From IMG/VR virus record IMGVR_UViG_3300035099_000117, positions 1 to 53,236 of that record: a DNA stretch of 53,236 nt. One strand, written 5' to 3'. The stretch comes from a virus (lineage: Duplodnaviria; Caudoviricetes). The notes under the pieces are model-generated. The model was not told the origin of the DNA. It saw only the letters and a program-made list of their open reading frames with translations, and searched no databases. A program made the translations under genes and the position numbers. Below, piece by piece: positions 37,269-46,032 of the stretch. Each line of letters opens with the position of its first letter. The first letter of the stretch is position 1.

Positions 37269-37312
37269 CCCTGCGTTTTCTCAGCCCTTCGCTCCAGCGC
37301 AGGGTCTAGAGC
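37269..37312 (-). other. H-type RNA pseudoknot, copy 2
   Basis: GCTCTAG/CTGGAGC and CCCTGCG/CGCAGGG stems. Confidence 0.65.
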
Positions 37313-37404
37313 GCGGGCATAAACGGCGAACAACCTGGCCTGTGTATCTTGTTGCCCGTTGTGTCCGTCGGGCAATTGCAAAGTCTGTTGTCGCCTATGA
37401 ACAT
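37306..37404 (-). CDS. Small Cys-containing ORF (32 aa) ending in the pseudoknot TAG
   Basis: GGAGGTGAGG RBS; MFIGDNRLCNCPTDTTGNKIHRPGCSPFMPAL*. Confidence 0.5.
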   Translation of the reverse strand: MFIGDNRLCNCPTDTTGNKIHRPGCSPFMPAL

Positions 37405-37441
37405 TTACCTCACCTCCCTTATTCGCCAGTTGCGCCTTTCG

Positions 37442-37486
37442 CCGTGCGATTTCCCCAGCCCCTTGCTCCAGCGCACGGCCTAGAGC
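37442..37486 (-). other. H-type RNA pseudoknot, copy 1
   Basis: GCTCTAG/CTGGAGC and CCGTGCG/CGCACGG stems. Confidence 0.65.
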
Positions 37487-37608
37487 GTGGCGTTACCGGA
37501 TGGAACTACCATCGTATAAGCGTCAGGTAGAGACTGGCAGTTATGCTTTTCTCCCAGACTCACCCAGGCCCCGCAACGACCGCACTCCCATCCATTGTAA
37601 ATGCTCAT
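37480..37608 (-). CDS. Small zinc-ribbon ORF (42 aa) ending in the pseudoknot TAG
   Basis: MSIYNGWECGRCGAWVSLGEKHNCQSLPDAYTMVVPSGNATL*. Confidence 0.5.
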   Translation of the reverse strand: MSIYNGWECGRCGAWVSLGEKHNCQSLPDAYTMVVPSGNATL

Positions 37609-37614
37609 CTCGGG

Positions 37615-37830
37615 TCACTTCCTTTGTGCGCCAGTTGCACCTAACTTCTTCGCGCATGTCTCACAAATGTCGCAATCTTCGTAGGAGTGAACTGTTTCTG
37701 CCGGGCGAAATCTCTTGCAAGACTCGCAATACTCAACTGTGTTGCCTTCCGAGTCCTCGTAGTGATACGAATCAATCTTGCGCCGAACCCCTTGGTCGAT
37801 TCTAGCTTTGTGGAACTCATTAACTGCCAT
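37615..37830 (-). CDS. Small zinc-finger protein
   Basis: AAAGGAG RBS; YCESC...ICETC. Confidence 0.55.
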   Translation of the reverse strand: MAVNEFHKARIDQGVRRKIDSYHYEDSEGNTVEYCESCKRFRPAETVHSYEDCDICETCAKKLGATGAQRK

Positions 37831-37912
37831 ATTCGCTCCTTTTGCGCCTTTTTTGGAGCGGGCGACCCGCCAGCAACCTCGCTTGGCCTGGCTTCCCTTG
37901 CGGGTTTCGGGA

Positions 37913-38119
37913 CTACAACACGCGAAGGCCGCCCGCATTCTCGTCTCGATCCAACATCTCGCTCAGCTTAATCAGCGCCGTGCTATCACATACCGGGCAG
38001 TGGTGGTTCCGCGCGCGGGTGATGCAATTGCAATTGACGCACAGCACCGCCTCATTCAGCGGAATGGACTCCACCGGCGTCCAAGCCTTCGCTTCGAGTG
38101 AGTTGTAAGGTTCGGGCAT
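37913..38119 (-). CDS. Small zinc-ribbon protein
   Basis: IPLNEAVLCVNC...CPVCDS. Confidence 0.6.
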   Translation of the reverse strand: MPEPYNSLEAKAWTPVESIPLNEAVLCVNCNCITRARNHHCPVCDSTALIKLSEMLDRDENAGGLRVL

Positions 38120-38128
38120 TCTTTCTTC

Positions 38129-38386
38129 TCAGTTCGCCGCCCAGGTCAGGATAGCGGCCACCACAAATCCGCAGATCGCGCCGATCAGGAACGCGAACAG
38201 GACGTCACACCAGCGCTTGCTAGCGTCGCGTTCCGCCTGCTCCGCCTTCCCAGCTTCGTAGCCTTGCACCCAGCCTTGGGTGCGGGCGCGGAACCGTTCG
38301 CGAGCGAATTCCGCATCGGCAGCCTCTTGCCGCTGTCGCGCCTCGCGGCACATGCGGATTTGATATTCGTCGTAGGTTTCAGCCAT
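38129..38386 (-). CDS. Hypothetical membrane protein
   Basis: C-terminal TM helix; GGAGG RBS. Confidence 0.55.
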   Translation of the reverse strand: MAETYDEYQIRMCREARQRQEAADAEFARERFRARTQGWVQGYEAGKAEQAERDASKRWCDVLFAFLIGAICGFVVAAILTWAAN

Positions 38387-38397
38387 GGGAAAAGCCT

Positions 38398-38425
38398 CCA
38401 GTTGCCAGTAGCCAGTGGCCAGTCA
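38398..38425. repeat. Heptamer tandem repeat (CCAGTnn x4)
   Basis: ccagttg ccagtag ccagtgg ccagtca, almost entirely intergenic. Confidence 0.7.
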
Positions 38426-38743
38426 ATCTTCTGGCTGATATGCTGGCGGGTCCTCGTAAGCGGCGAAACCCATGTCGCCTTCGAGAGAGGAAACGCCGAC
38501 GGCGCGCAATTCCTTTTTGGTTAACAGCCTGCTGTTCCGCTCGTGGGCAGCGAAAGCTATGTCACCCTCTTCTCTGTTTGGAGCGAGAAATTCAAGCGCC
38601 AACTGACTGTATTCAAGGGCTTCTTCGAGCGCTTTAATGCGCCTGTTTTGGCTCTCTGCTACCGCCTTAAGAGAGCGGATTTCCTCGCACGCGTCCGCGA
38701 ACGCCCGCGCGTTATACGCGGCCATGCTTGATTCGTCGCTCAT
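38423..38743 (-). CDS. Hypothetical coiled-coil protein
   Basis: 106 aa, GGAGG RBS. Confidence 0.55.
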   Translation of the reverse strand: MSDESSMAAYNARAFADACEEIRSLKAVAESQNRRIKALEEALEYSQLALEFLAPNREEGDIAFAAHERNSRLLTKKELRAVGVSSLEGDMGFAAYEDPPAYQPED

Positions 38744-39078
38744 TTTCTTTCCTCCGTCCTGTCCCCCGACAAATTGGACATATCACTGCTCGCGCTGTGC
38801 CTCTCGACGTGCAAGATGGAGGCACCGGCGCCGTGTTCCCTGCATCTTTGTGCTGATACACCGGCGGGTCTATCACCTGAACCCAGCCCCTGTCACAGCC
38901 AGGGCATTTGTCGTCACGCATAGCTCCCCCTTTTTTGACCTGCGAGGCAACCTCCAGATCCTCTAGGCTGAATCCTATCATCCGCGCCGCCTCGACGAGA
39001 CGCATAAGGCAATCGGCAAGTGTATCTCAGAAGCGGTTCCCGGCAAACCATAGCCACTTGGTTGGCATCGGCGGATGA

Positions 39079-39822
39079 TCATTGACGGTCTCCTGCCGCC
39101 TCAGCTTTGTAGTCCGGCGCTTGCCTGTGAGAACGTCCGATAATCGGGCACGGCTTACCTGTCCTGACGGGCTTGCTGTCAGTCGCGATACGCGCGCCGT
39201 TCTTGAGCGCCGCGCCGCAATTGTCACAGACCACCGTGCCCTTGAAGTACGGAATCCAGTTCTTGGTCTGCTTCGGATATTTGTGCATCAGCCAGACCAC
39301 GAGCGGATTCACCAGCTTCGTGAATTCGTGACCGCAGAACGGGCAGCGGCATCTATCCGCCGTGCATTCCACGTGAATCGCTTCGTAGGCATCTGGCTCG
39401 ACGAAGGCCAACAGGGCTCGGGGTTCGGACACCTTCGCCAGCGTGGAGACTCTCTGCCTGGCTTCGCCAAGGGCAGATTGCGCCTCCTTGTACGCTGCGA
39501 TTGCCTTGCGCGCCCGCTCAACGTTTGCGCAGCATTCATGCTCCAGCGCGCCGAACTTCACCGTCATCGTCGGGCGTTGCTCGATCATCCGATTCTGCCT
39601 CGCTTCGTTCGTCAGCCAGTAGATCGCCGCTGGCCGGGGTTCCCGCTGCCCCTCCTCGCTGCTTTTGTATTGCTCGATGGCCTTGGCGAAATCCTGCGCA
39701 TCCACGTCGGCAAACGTCCTGTACCAGGCCTCGCCAAGCTTCCTGAGCTGCGCCTCAGAGCGGCCCGAGAAATAGATGACCTCAAGTTGCTGCATTTCTT
39801 TGTTGAATTCGCTGCGCTGCAC
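39079..39822 (-). CDS. Putative helicase loader/inhibitor (G39P-like N-terminus) with a Zn motif
   Basis: EAWYRTFADVDAQDFAKAIEQY...EPRPAAI; directly after the initiator gene. Confidence 0.55.
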   Translation of the reverse strand: MQRSEFNKEMQQLEVIYFSGRSEAQLRKLGEAWYRTFADVDAQDFAKAIEQYKSSEEGQREPRPAAIYWLTNEARQNRMIEQRPTMTVKFGALEHECCANVERARKAIAAYKEAQSALGEARQRVSTLAKVSEPRALLAFVEPDAYEAIHVECTADRCRCPFCGHEFTKLVNPLVVWLMHKYPKQTKNWIPYFKGTVVCDNCGAALKNGARIATDSKPVRTGKPCPIIGRSHRQAPDYKAEAAGDRQ

Positions 39823-40699
39823 GCCGTTGTGCCTCCTGTTCGATTTCCAGCATTATCCTTTCGTGTTCGCGGTCTTCTTCCGCCGTGGATTGTCTCTTGC
39901 CGATTCGCGGCGTGATCTCCCATTGATGGCGCTCCAGGAATCTATCGGCCCGCTCGATGCGATCATTCTCCCATTGTTCACATTTTTTCCACAGTTCCAA
40001 TCCCTGCATGAGCCGTGTCCGATAATCGGACGTCTTGATTTCCGTCAGAAAAATCTTGGCGGTCTTTTTCTTGTCTCCCCGCCGATGCGCAGGATAGGCA
40101 AACCAGAAATCCTCGAAGCCTTCGGGCCAGGGAGGTTTTGGGGGAAGCTTTATTTGATTGCTTTCCAAATCAAATAAAGCAGGGGGATCTTTAATCTCTG
40201 TAGTAGTTTCTGGTATTGCTTGTCCCTTTTTGTCCGACCGTGATCCCTTTTGGGCACTCGATAAGCCATTTTGGGACAATCGACCGGTCACTTTTAGCCA
40301 TTCCATTATGACTTTTGGCTTAAACAGGAAATGTCTGGTCCGGTCAAATTTGTATCGGGGATTTGGATTCCGCATCACAAAGATCACGCCTTTTTTTTCG
40401 AGCAGATCAATCGCGTCGGCAATCGCTTTGCGTTTGAAAATCAAAATGCCAGCCTCTAGGTCTTCGGCGGTATGGAATTGGATCAGGGATTCATTCTGCG
40501 TGGGTGGATCGCCGTGCAACTTCTGAATGGTATTTTCCTGCTCGGCTTTCTGTGACTGCTCTAGCCTGATGTTGTGCCAGTATTCGAGGAAAGATAACAG
40601 GGCGGCGGCACACTGATTGCCTTCGCAAAACTCAATCTGCCATTTGCGAATAATTATTAGCGGCTCACTATTTGGATGTGAAATACAAGACGACCTCAT
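39782..40699 (-). CDS. Replication initiator (replisome organiser / lambda O-like)
   Basis: AAALLSFLEYW wHTH-like N-terminus, internal iterons, C-terminal FEDFWFAYP..GDKKKT..FLERHQWE. Confidence 0.8.
   Translation of the reverse strand: MRSSCISHPNSEPLIIIRKWQIEFCEGNQCAAALLSFLEYWHNIRLEQSQKAEQENTIQKLHGDPPTQNESLIQFHTAEDLEAGILIFKRKAIADAIDLLEKKGVIFVMRNPNPRYKFDRTRHFLFKPKVIMEWLKVTGRLSQNGLSSAQKGSRSDKKGQAIPETTTEIKDPPALFDLESNQIKLPPKPPWPEGFEDFWFAYPAHRRGDKKKTAKIFLTEIKTSDYRTRLMQGLELWKKCEQWENDRIERADRFLERHQWEITPRIGKRQSTAEEDREHERIMLEIEQEAQRRAAQRIQQRNAAT
40222..40280. repeat. Putative origin iterons inside the initiator gene
   Basis: CCCTTTTTGTCC / CCCTTTTGGGCA / GCCATTTTGGGA at about 21-bp spacing (40224, 40245, 40265). 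Confidence 0.55.
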
Positions 40700-40706
40700 A
40701 CTCCCT

Positions 40707-40748
40707 CCTCAACAGGGAACTGGGGCCGCCGGTTGAGGCAGCGGCCCC
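40707..40748 (-). promoter_or_regulatory. Pseudoknot overlapping the initiator RBS
   Basis: 10-bp stem; its loop CCTCAAC is complementary to GTTGAGG at the SD. Confidence 0.55.
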
Positions 40749-40790
40749 CTGGAGATGCTTCCATATGGCCCCGGCCAAGGGCCCGCGTCT

Positions 40791-41231
40791 TTAAGATATA
40801 AAACTGCCGCCATGAATGTCAACCTTTTTGTTGCTTGCGTTAGCTTGGCGCGTCAGGCTCTTTTTGCTTTTTAGGAAGCGCGGCGCGGGATATCTGCTAT
40901 CGGGGCGCAGGCGTTTGCTGACCTTGTTTCTACGCCTCTGCGGCGGGATCTCCGACGTCTCCACAGCCACTTTCTCTTTGCGCGGAAGTGCGCGTCGAAA
41001 ATCATAGAGTACATGTTGGATAAAATTCGCCACGCATTCAATGCCGCACAGATGTTTAGCTAGAGAGCAGTGCGCGATCCCCTCATCCCATGTCGCAAGA
41101 CTGACTAAAAGGTTTTGTGCGGGATTGGGGCCGAATCCGGTGAACCAGCCGTCAAGCTTCGGGTCGTCTGACTTTCGCGAGCACTGGTCGCACGTTGCTT
41201 CGATTTCGGTGCTCGTTTGTGTCTTGTACAT
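40791..41231 (-). CDS. Hypothetical Zn-binding protein
   Basis: AAGGAG RBS; CDQC...HLCGIEC. Confidence 0.6.
   Translation of the reverse strand: MYKTQTSTEIEATCDQCSRKSDDPKLDGWFTGFGPNPAQNLLVSLATWDEGIAHCSLAKHLCGIECVANFIQHVLYDFRRALPRKEKVAVETSEIPPQRRRNKVSKRLRPDSRYPAPRFLKSKKSLTRQANASNKKVDIHGGSFIS
40793..40822 (-). promoter_or_regulatory. Sigma70-like promoter upstream of the initiator
   Basis: TTGACA-18 nt-TATCTT with an A-rich upstream tract. Confidence 0.5.
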
Positions 41232-41266
41232 CTAATTCTCCTTTTTCCCTTGGTGGTGATGCGCTC

Positions 41267-41440
41267 GGAATTCGTATAGTCGGACCACTGACTGGTGCCG
41301 GAGAGCGTGATCGACTGCGTGATGATGCTGGAATCCAGCGCCTTCGAGGCGACCAGGATCTTGCGCCGCAGATAGATGAGGTCAGTGAGCATCTCGGTGA
41401 TGTCCACATCCACATCGGTGGCTTGGTCGGACAACTTGTC
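41267..41440 (-). pseudogene. Fragment homologous to the major capsid protein (within ORF 41105-41458)
   Basis: DVDVDITEMLTDLIYLRRK...TQSITLSGTSQWSDYTNS aligns with MCP EVDVTTTNEVTEIIWLDLE...TSATLSGPNQWSDYVNS. Confidence 0.7.
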
Positions 41441-41693
41441 ATTCTGACCGGATTCCACGTATAATACGACGTTTCTCCGCTAGCCATTCAGCTGCCAAAC
41501 GGATAGCATCCCTTGTAACAAGGCGTGCACTTCCAGCTAGATAGCGATTTCGGCGTTTTACGAGAGCCTTGCGTCTTATCCTGGCCACAGGTCGCTTCCA
41601 GGCCCAGTAAGCGCCGGTGCATTTGGCCGAACACGAGACTTGATTCTCGGTCTTGGGCTCGAACGGCTTTTGACACCAGCGGCAGCGTTTCAT
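41439..41693 (-). CDS. Small zinc-finger protein
   Basis: CRWCQKPF...QVSCSAKC. Confidence 0.6.
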   Translation of the reverse strand: MKRCRWCQKPFEPKTENQVSCSAKCTGAYWAWKRPVARIRRKALVKRRNRYLAGSARLVTRDAIRLAAEWLAEKRRIIRGIRSE

Positions 41694-41703
41694 GAGCTTC
41701 CGA

Positions 41704-41913
41704 TCAATATGAAAGTGGCGATCCTTTCAAAACTGCTTGTTCCAGGGCGCGGCGAGCCTGCTTCCAGTTAACCGTGCGCCCGTGGCAGCAGGTGAACAGC
41801 TTCCGGGCCTGCTCGACATCGTACTCGCTTCCCGACGGGCCGACTTCCTTGCGCGCCTCTAATTCCGACAATGGGCGGGCAGGCTGTTGTTCTTCGCTGT
41901 AAATACATCCCAT
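41704..41913 (-). CDS. Hypothetical protein
   Basis: 69 aa, AGGAG RBS. Confidence 0.5.
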   Translation of the reverse strand: MGCIYSEEQQPARPLSELEARKEVGPSGSEYDVEQARKLFTCCHGRTVNWKQARRALEQAVLKGSPLSY

Positions 41914-41922
41914 GTTTATCTC

Positions 41923-42903
41923 CTACCGTGTCCGCTGGACGAGTGAGGCCTCAGGATAGACTTCGATCCCCGGAATGTTCGTGGCCGATTTCATAGCGCG
42001 AACGACGCGAGCGACTTTCGGATAGGATTTTGCGTCGAACGGATCGTCCGGCATCAGATACTCACGGGGGATCAGGTCGGGATTCTTCACCCGGAACAGC
42101 CAGTTCTCCCGTTTGCCCGTCCCGGCCACCTTGGGCATGGTGGATTCCACGACGATGGGAGCCATAGAGGGCATAGGGGGAGGCGGTGGAAGCGGCTCTG
42201 CGGGCGCGCTAGGGCCATTGGCGGCCGCTTGTAGAATGTCCTCGGCAACGTCGGGATGTCCCAAGGCCCTGGCCTGTTCTGCGGCTTCCTCGGCTTCTTT
42301 CCGGGCTTTGGCTTCTTCGGCCTTCGCTGCGGCCTGCCGCACCAAGTCTTCCAGGTTGGAAACGTCGGCATCCGTGAGCTGGTCGAGGGGCTTTCCCACC
42401 AACGCCTCCAGGGATTCTATCTGCTCACCATAGGAGAGCAGCTGATCGAACCAGTGGCGCGCCGTGTAGATTCGCGCTTCCCGCTCGCGTTCCCGGCGCG
42501 CCTGTTCCTCTTGCTGCCTTCGGATCGTTTCCTGCTGCTGCTCGAATCGGAGAATGGCCGACCCCAGAATCTCGATGGGGGGATCAATCAAGCCAAATTG
42601 CTTTTTTTCCTGAGCACAGATCATCGAATGCAAACGGTGTGCCATGCTTTTCTGGGGATCGAAAGTCTCCCTAATCGAGGTTCCGTTCTCAGTCGGCCCA
42701 TTGCGCATGATGAGTAGCCTTTTCCGAGTCTCCACCACCTTGATGTATTCCCGATTGTCTAGAATCACCAGATTTGGTGTGATTCCGCGGATAGCTTCTT
42801 TGATGCGCTGCTCCAGAGGCTTGCTTAATTCCGCCGTCACGGACTGCGAGAGCGTGACGATCTGGGCGAACTCGGGGCTTATGCTTTCAGCTGAAGTTCC
42901 CAT
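41923..42903 (-). CDS. Coiled-coil recombination-module protein
   Basis: Long coiled coil; C-terminal WLFRVKNPDLIPREYLMPD...NIPGIEVY, typical next to phage exonuclease/SSAP genes. Confidence 0.7.
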   Translation of the reverse strand: MGTSAESISPEFAQIVTLSQSVTAELSKPLEQRIKEAIRGITPNLVILDNREYIKVVETRKRLLIMRNGPTENGTSIRETFDPQKSMAHRLHSMICAQEKKQFGLIDPPIEILGSAILRFEQQQETIRRQQEEQARREREREARIYTARHWFDQLLSYGEQIESLEALVGKPLDQLTDADVSNLEDLVRQAAAKAEEAKARKEAEEAAEQARALGHPDVAEDILQAAANGPSAPAEPLPPPPPMPSMAPIVVESTMPKVAGTGKRENWLFRVKNPDLIPREYLMPDDPFDAKSYPKVARVVRAMKSATNIPGIEVYPEASLVQRTR

Positions 42904-42915
42904 GTCTGCCTCCTT

Positions 42916-43608
42916 TTAGATGTTGATTCCGTACTTGTTTCTTCGCCAGATGGCGACAGTCAACGCGGCCCGGAAAACATCATAGTCTGCCGGGTCGTCG
43001 AACAGTTCGAGCCTGTAGGGTTCCCCCGTGGCATCCGGCATGAGGCGGACGCCGTACCGCGCCCACTTGTAGGGTCTCACGTCCGGCGGGCCGTATTCTG
43101 CCAGCAGACCGAGTTCGTAGCCCGCGAGCTGAACGCCCCACCAAGGCTCGTCCTGCCGCGAGCACTTGAGGTCGAGGATGACGGGCTTGCCTGCAAGCAG
43201 GCCTGCCCGGTCGAGCGTCATGCCGTACTGGATTTGTGCGATTGTCGGACGCAAGCGAAGTTCGATGGCTGGCCGATCACACATATCCATGTAGGCTCTG
43301 AATTGCGCTCGCACTTTAAACGCTTCCCAAGCACGCACGTAATCGCCGATTTCAGGATCAATCCGATCCCACGGTCCGCGCACCTTCTGAGAAACAGTAT
43401 CCCAATGGTAGCCATGCAAATCCAGGAATGCCGTCGCCTCGTGCACCGCGCTGCCGATGATTCGTGCCCTCGGGTCGTCGGGGTAATGGCTTGCATCCGT
43501 GACATGCGATAGTACGAGCGCTTGAGTCACGGAAATCAACGGTCGCCCGTCGTCGGAGAAATACCGATGCGCTGCTTTTTCAGAATTCCTCGAATCCCCT
43601 TTGTGCAT
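42916..43608 (-). CDS. PD-(D/E)XK exonuclease (RecB/Cas4-like)
   Basis: ISVTQAL, GSAVHEA, GMTLDRAG, ILDLKCS and QLAGY motifs. Confidence 0.8.
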   Translation of the reverse strand: MHKGDSRNSEKAAHRYFSDDGRPLISVTQALVLSHVTDASHYPDDPRARIIGSAVHEATAFLDLHGYHWDTVSQKVRGPWDRIDPEIGDYVRAWEAFKVRAQFRAYMDMCDRPAIELRLRPTIAQIQYGMTLDRAGLLAGKPVILDLKCSRQDEPWWGVQLAGYELGLLAEYGPPDVRPYKWARYGVRLMPDATGEPYRLELFDDPADYDVFRAALTVAIWRRNKYGINI

Positions 43609-44728
43609 GACCTTTAGGCTCCCGTTCCGGCTCCGCCTTCGGCTTAGCGAAGTGCTTGAGCACGTCGTCGAGCTGGGCCTTCGACATCAGGTGGACGTGC
43701 TCGACGCCGAGCGTTTTCAAGACGCTGTGCACTTCCTCTTCGGTCCATCCCTGCTTTTTGACTACCGCCCAGAAGAGCTTGATCTGATCCTTCGTGATCA
43801 CACCCTCGGCGAGAGGCTCCTTCGGCTTCGCCGCTTCTGGCGGCGTTTGCCCTGTCGCCTTTTCGGCTGGCGCTTTGCTGTCCGTCTTCTTTGAGATTCC
43901 GCTGCGCTTCGGCTTCGGCGGCTCTCCCGTATTCGCCGCGCCTTCCTTTTTGGCCCTCGTGTGGTCGCTCCACGTCGTTGCCCCGTCGGCGATGGATTTG
44001 TAGATCGCCCGCAGATCGACCAGTTCAGACGGAGAGCATTCCGCGATCTTATGACCGAGAAACTGCTCCAGAGATTCGACGCGGATGTTGAGATTCGAGA
44101 AAGCCAGGATGATCCGTTTGCGCTCCGCTTCCGGATCTTTGGCCGCGTCATCCCGGAGCGTCTGCTTCGCGGCGCTCACGGCATCCTCGATCCAGTCCTT
44201 CGGCAGTAGCTGGAGCAGGCAATTGCGGTAGAGGATGGCTCCGCGCCGTCCGGTGAGTTCCCGAAGTTCGCGCTCGTTCGCCGGAATCCAGCCTTCCGTC
44301 CGCCGATAGACAATCTTGCCGAACTGATCTTGCTGCGAGACCTTGTTGTTGTTCTCCAAGTCGTAGGCCCAGCCCTCGATCTGGCGTTCGTCCCTCGTCT
44401 CGGAGAGCACCGAGATCCCCCAGCGCATGTGGCGATAGACGCGCGCGGCTTCGCGGGCCAGATTGACGCTCGGTCCCTCGACCATCACCTGGTCGTCGCC
44501 CTTGCCGCGCGGGAAGCGGTAGAAAGACTCGCGGGCGAACGACGGGCGTCGACAGGCAGCCAAGAGCTTTTGATATGCGGCATCCTCGTTCCGAGGAAAC
44601 TTCAGCGCGACGATGATGGCGGCCTCGATTTCCGCCTGGGCCTCCGCCGCCCCGCGCTTGGGCAGCAGTTCGGCGATCTCTTTCTCTCTGGTATCATCGG
44701 CCAGAGCCAATTTGTTTTCTTCGGGCAT
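43580..44728 (-). CDS. Probable single-strand annealing / recombination protein
   Basis: IEAAIIVALKFPRNE...FYRFPRG...VEGPSVNLAREAAR conserved phage family; paired with the exonuclease. Confidence 0.6.
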   Translation of the reverse strand: MPEENKLALADDTREKEIAELLPKRGAAEAQAEIEAAIIVALKFPRNEDAAYQKLLAACRRPSFARESFYRFPRGKGDDQVMVEGPSVNLAREAARVYRHMRWGISVLSETRDERQIEGWAYDLENNNKVSQQDQFGKIVYRRTEGWIPANERELRELTGRRGAILYRNCLLQLLPKDWIEDAVSAAKQTLRDDAAKDPEAERKRIILAFSNLNIRVESLEQFLGHKIAECSPSELVDLRAIYKSIADGATTWSDHTRAKKEGAANTGEPPKPKRSGISKKTDSKAPAEKATGQTPPEAAKPKEPLAEGVITKDQIKLFWAVVKKQGWTEEEVHSVLKTLGVEHVHLMSKAQLDDVLKHFAKPKAEPEREPKGHAQRGFEEF

Positions 44729-44768
44729 GTCTGTTCCTCCTCAAAGATTAGAATGAGAGCGCTTCGTG

Positions 44769-45002
44769 CTATCGTTCGAGCGTGCTCAGAGCCTTCGCGG
44801 CCTCTGTCAGTCCGACCTCTTCCGTCCGCCTTTGCACGCGCGCGAGCAGCTTCCCCGCTTTCAAGAAGAATGCGCTCGCCGACAACCCAGACCGCTTGAT
44901 CGCTCCGTCGAGCAGCGCGGCCTCCTGGCCTCGGCTGTAGACGAAGAAAACCCGGTAGCCGCCCTTGAATACTTTCCGCGTCGCCTGCCTGTTCGGTTCC
45001 AT
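44769..45002 (-). CDS. Ribbon-helix-helix DNA-binding protein
   Basis: RVFFVY strand, a helix, then SGLSASAFFLKA helix. Confidence 0.55.
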   Translation of the reverse strand: MEPNRQATRKVFKGGYRVFFVYSRGQEAALLDGAIKRSGLSASAFFLKAGKLLARVQRRTEEVGLTEAAKALSTLER

Positions 45003-45020
45003 GTCTATCATCCCGTGCTG

Positions 45021-45049
45021 ATTATTGCATAATACAATTCAGAATGCAA
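45021..45049 (-). promoter_or_regulatory. Promoter with overlapping palindromic operator
   Basis: TTGCAT-17 nt-AATAAT; operator ATTGCATAATACAAT at 45024-45038. Confidence 0.6.
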
Positions 45050-45081
45050 CGGAAATCTTTTTCGTTGTGTCGCCGGAAAAA

Positions 45082-45846
45082 TCATGCTACATTCCCTTTG
45101 TCTGCTTCTCCTTTCGGGGCGGCGTCTGGTCTCGGCCCGGCGTCGCCCTGCTTTTCCGCCAAGACGGACGACCGGGGCCTCAATAAATGCCAAGCGTTCC
45201 AGAAACTCGGCCAATCATGCTGGGCGGAGTGCGTTCCGCTTTTCCCCCTTTCCCGACCGAACACGAACGTCGTCCCGCGCTTGAGGGTCTGAAAGCGGCT
45301 GCGGGGAACGACGAATGCGCCCCCCTGCCACAAGTAGAGGGCAAAGTCGGGCACAAATAAACCCTGAGGCCGGCACATCCGAAGCCAGGAAGGATTCCCC
45401 TCGTGCGGCCACACACTGTAGATGCCACAGGAATGACCCTCTATGAGGACACGGGAGGAAATCCAGCGCCGGTTACGAGTCGTCTTGATCGGCTCGCAGG
45501 TCAAGCCGTGCGCAGCCGCGAGCTTGCGGATGGCTTCTACCCTCGGCGGAAGCGGCAGACAAGCCCAGCGCTGGATGGCACAAGTTGTGCGCCTGACCCG
45601 TCCGGTCTCGTAACCGAACGTCCTGGCGATTTGTCGCGCCCACTCTCTGGTCACGCCCAAGCGCCTCGCGATCTCCGCGAGAGTGATGCAGGGCTCATGC
45701 AGCAAGGCTTTTATCCGCTGGGCTTGCTGGTGCATGATACCACTTCTGTGTCGAATCATTTTGGGATCCCGAAGCTTCAAATTGCAGACTTTGCACCAAA
45801 CGGGATACGAGAGGCCGCGAACGGATTGGTCAGCGCTGAGGTTCAT
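45082..45846 (-). CDS. HTH (sigma70 region 4-like) domain protein
   Basis: ITLAEIARRLGVTREWARQI; start uncertain. Confidence 0.6.
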   Translation of the reverse strand: MNLSADQSVRGLSYPVWCKVCNLKLRDPKMIRHRSGIMHQQAQRIKALLHEPCITLAEIARRLGVTREWARQIARTFGYETGRVRRTTCAIQRWACLPLPPRVEAIRKLAAAHGLTCEPIKTTRNRRWISSRVLIEGHSCGIYSVWPHEGNPSWLRMCRPQGLFVPDFALYLWQGGAFVVPRSRFQTLKRGTTFVFGRERGKSGTHSAQHDWPSFWNAWHLLRPRSSVLAEKQGDAGPRPDAAPKGEADKGNVA

Positions 45847-46032
45847 CAGTCGTCCGTGAAAATCCCAGCATATGAATCCAAGTTCCCGCGCGAGTGCGGG
45901 AGCCGCAGCACGCCGTAATGCCCGTCGGGATCGAAGTCCCCGAGATCGCGCGGGATGGTGTCGCGCCGGGGCATGCTTCCCTTGCGCTTTCGCCAGGCAA
46001 AGGCCCGGCGAGTCGGTCGCTTCTTCGTTCCG

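Noticed and set aside
35894-39029. Genome-wide stop-codon reassignment suggested by in-frame TGA at 35894 and 39027 and TAG at 37306 and 37480
   Set aside because: Many well-defined genes end in TGA (ATGA overlaps) or TAG, and no suppressor tRNA is visible.
38920-39082. MazG/DUF550-like remnant (TLADCLMRLVEAARMIGFSLEDL)
   Set aside because: Short, interrupted and only weakly similar; not supportable as a gene call.
40250-40258. Unit 9 spacer A (TTGGGCACT) matches the origin iteron region
   Set aside because: Neither flank matches spacer B, and several single 9-mer hits are expected by chance in 53 kb. My self-target scan by eye was not exhaustive.
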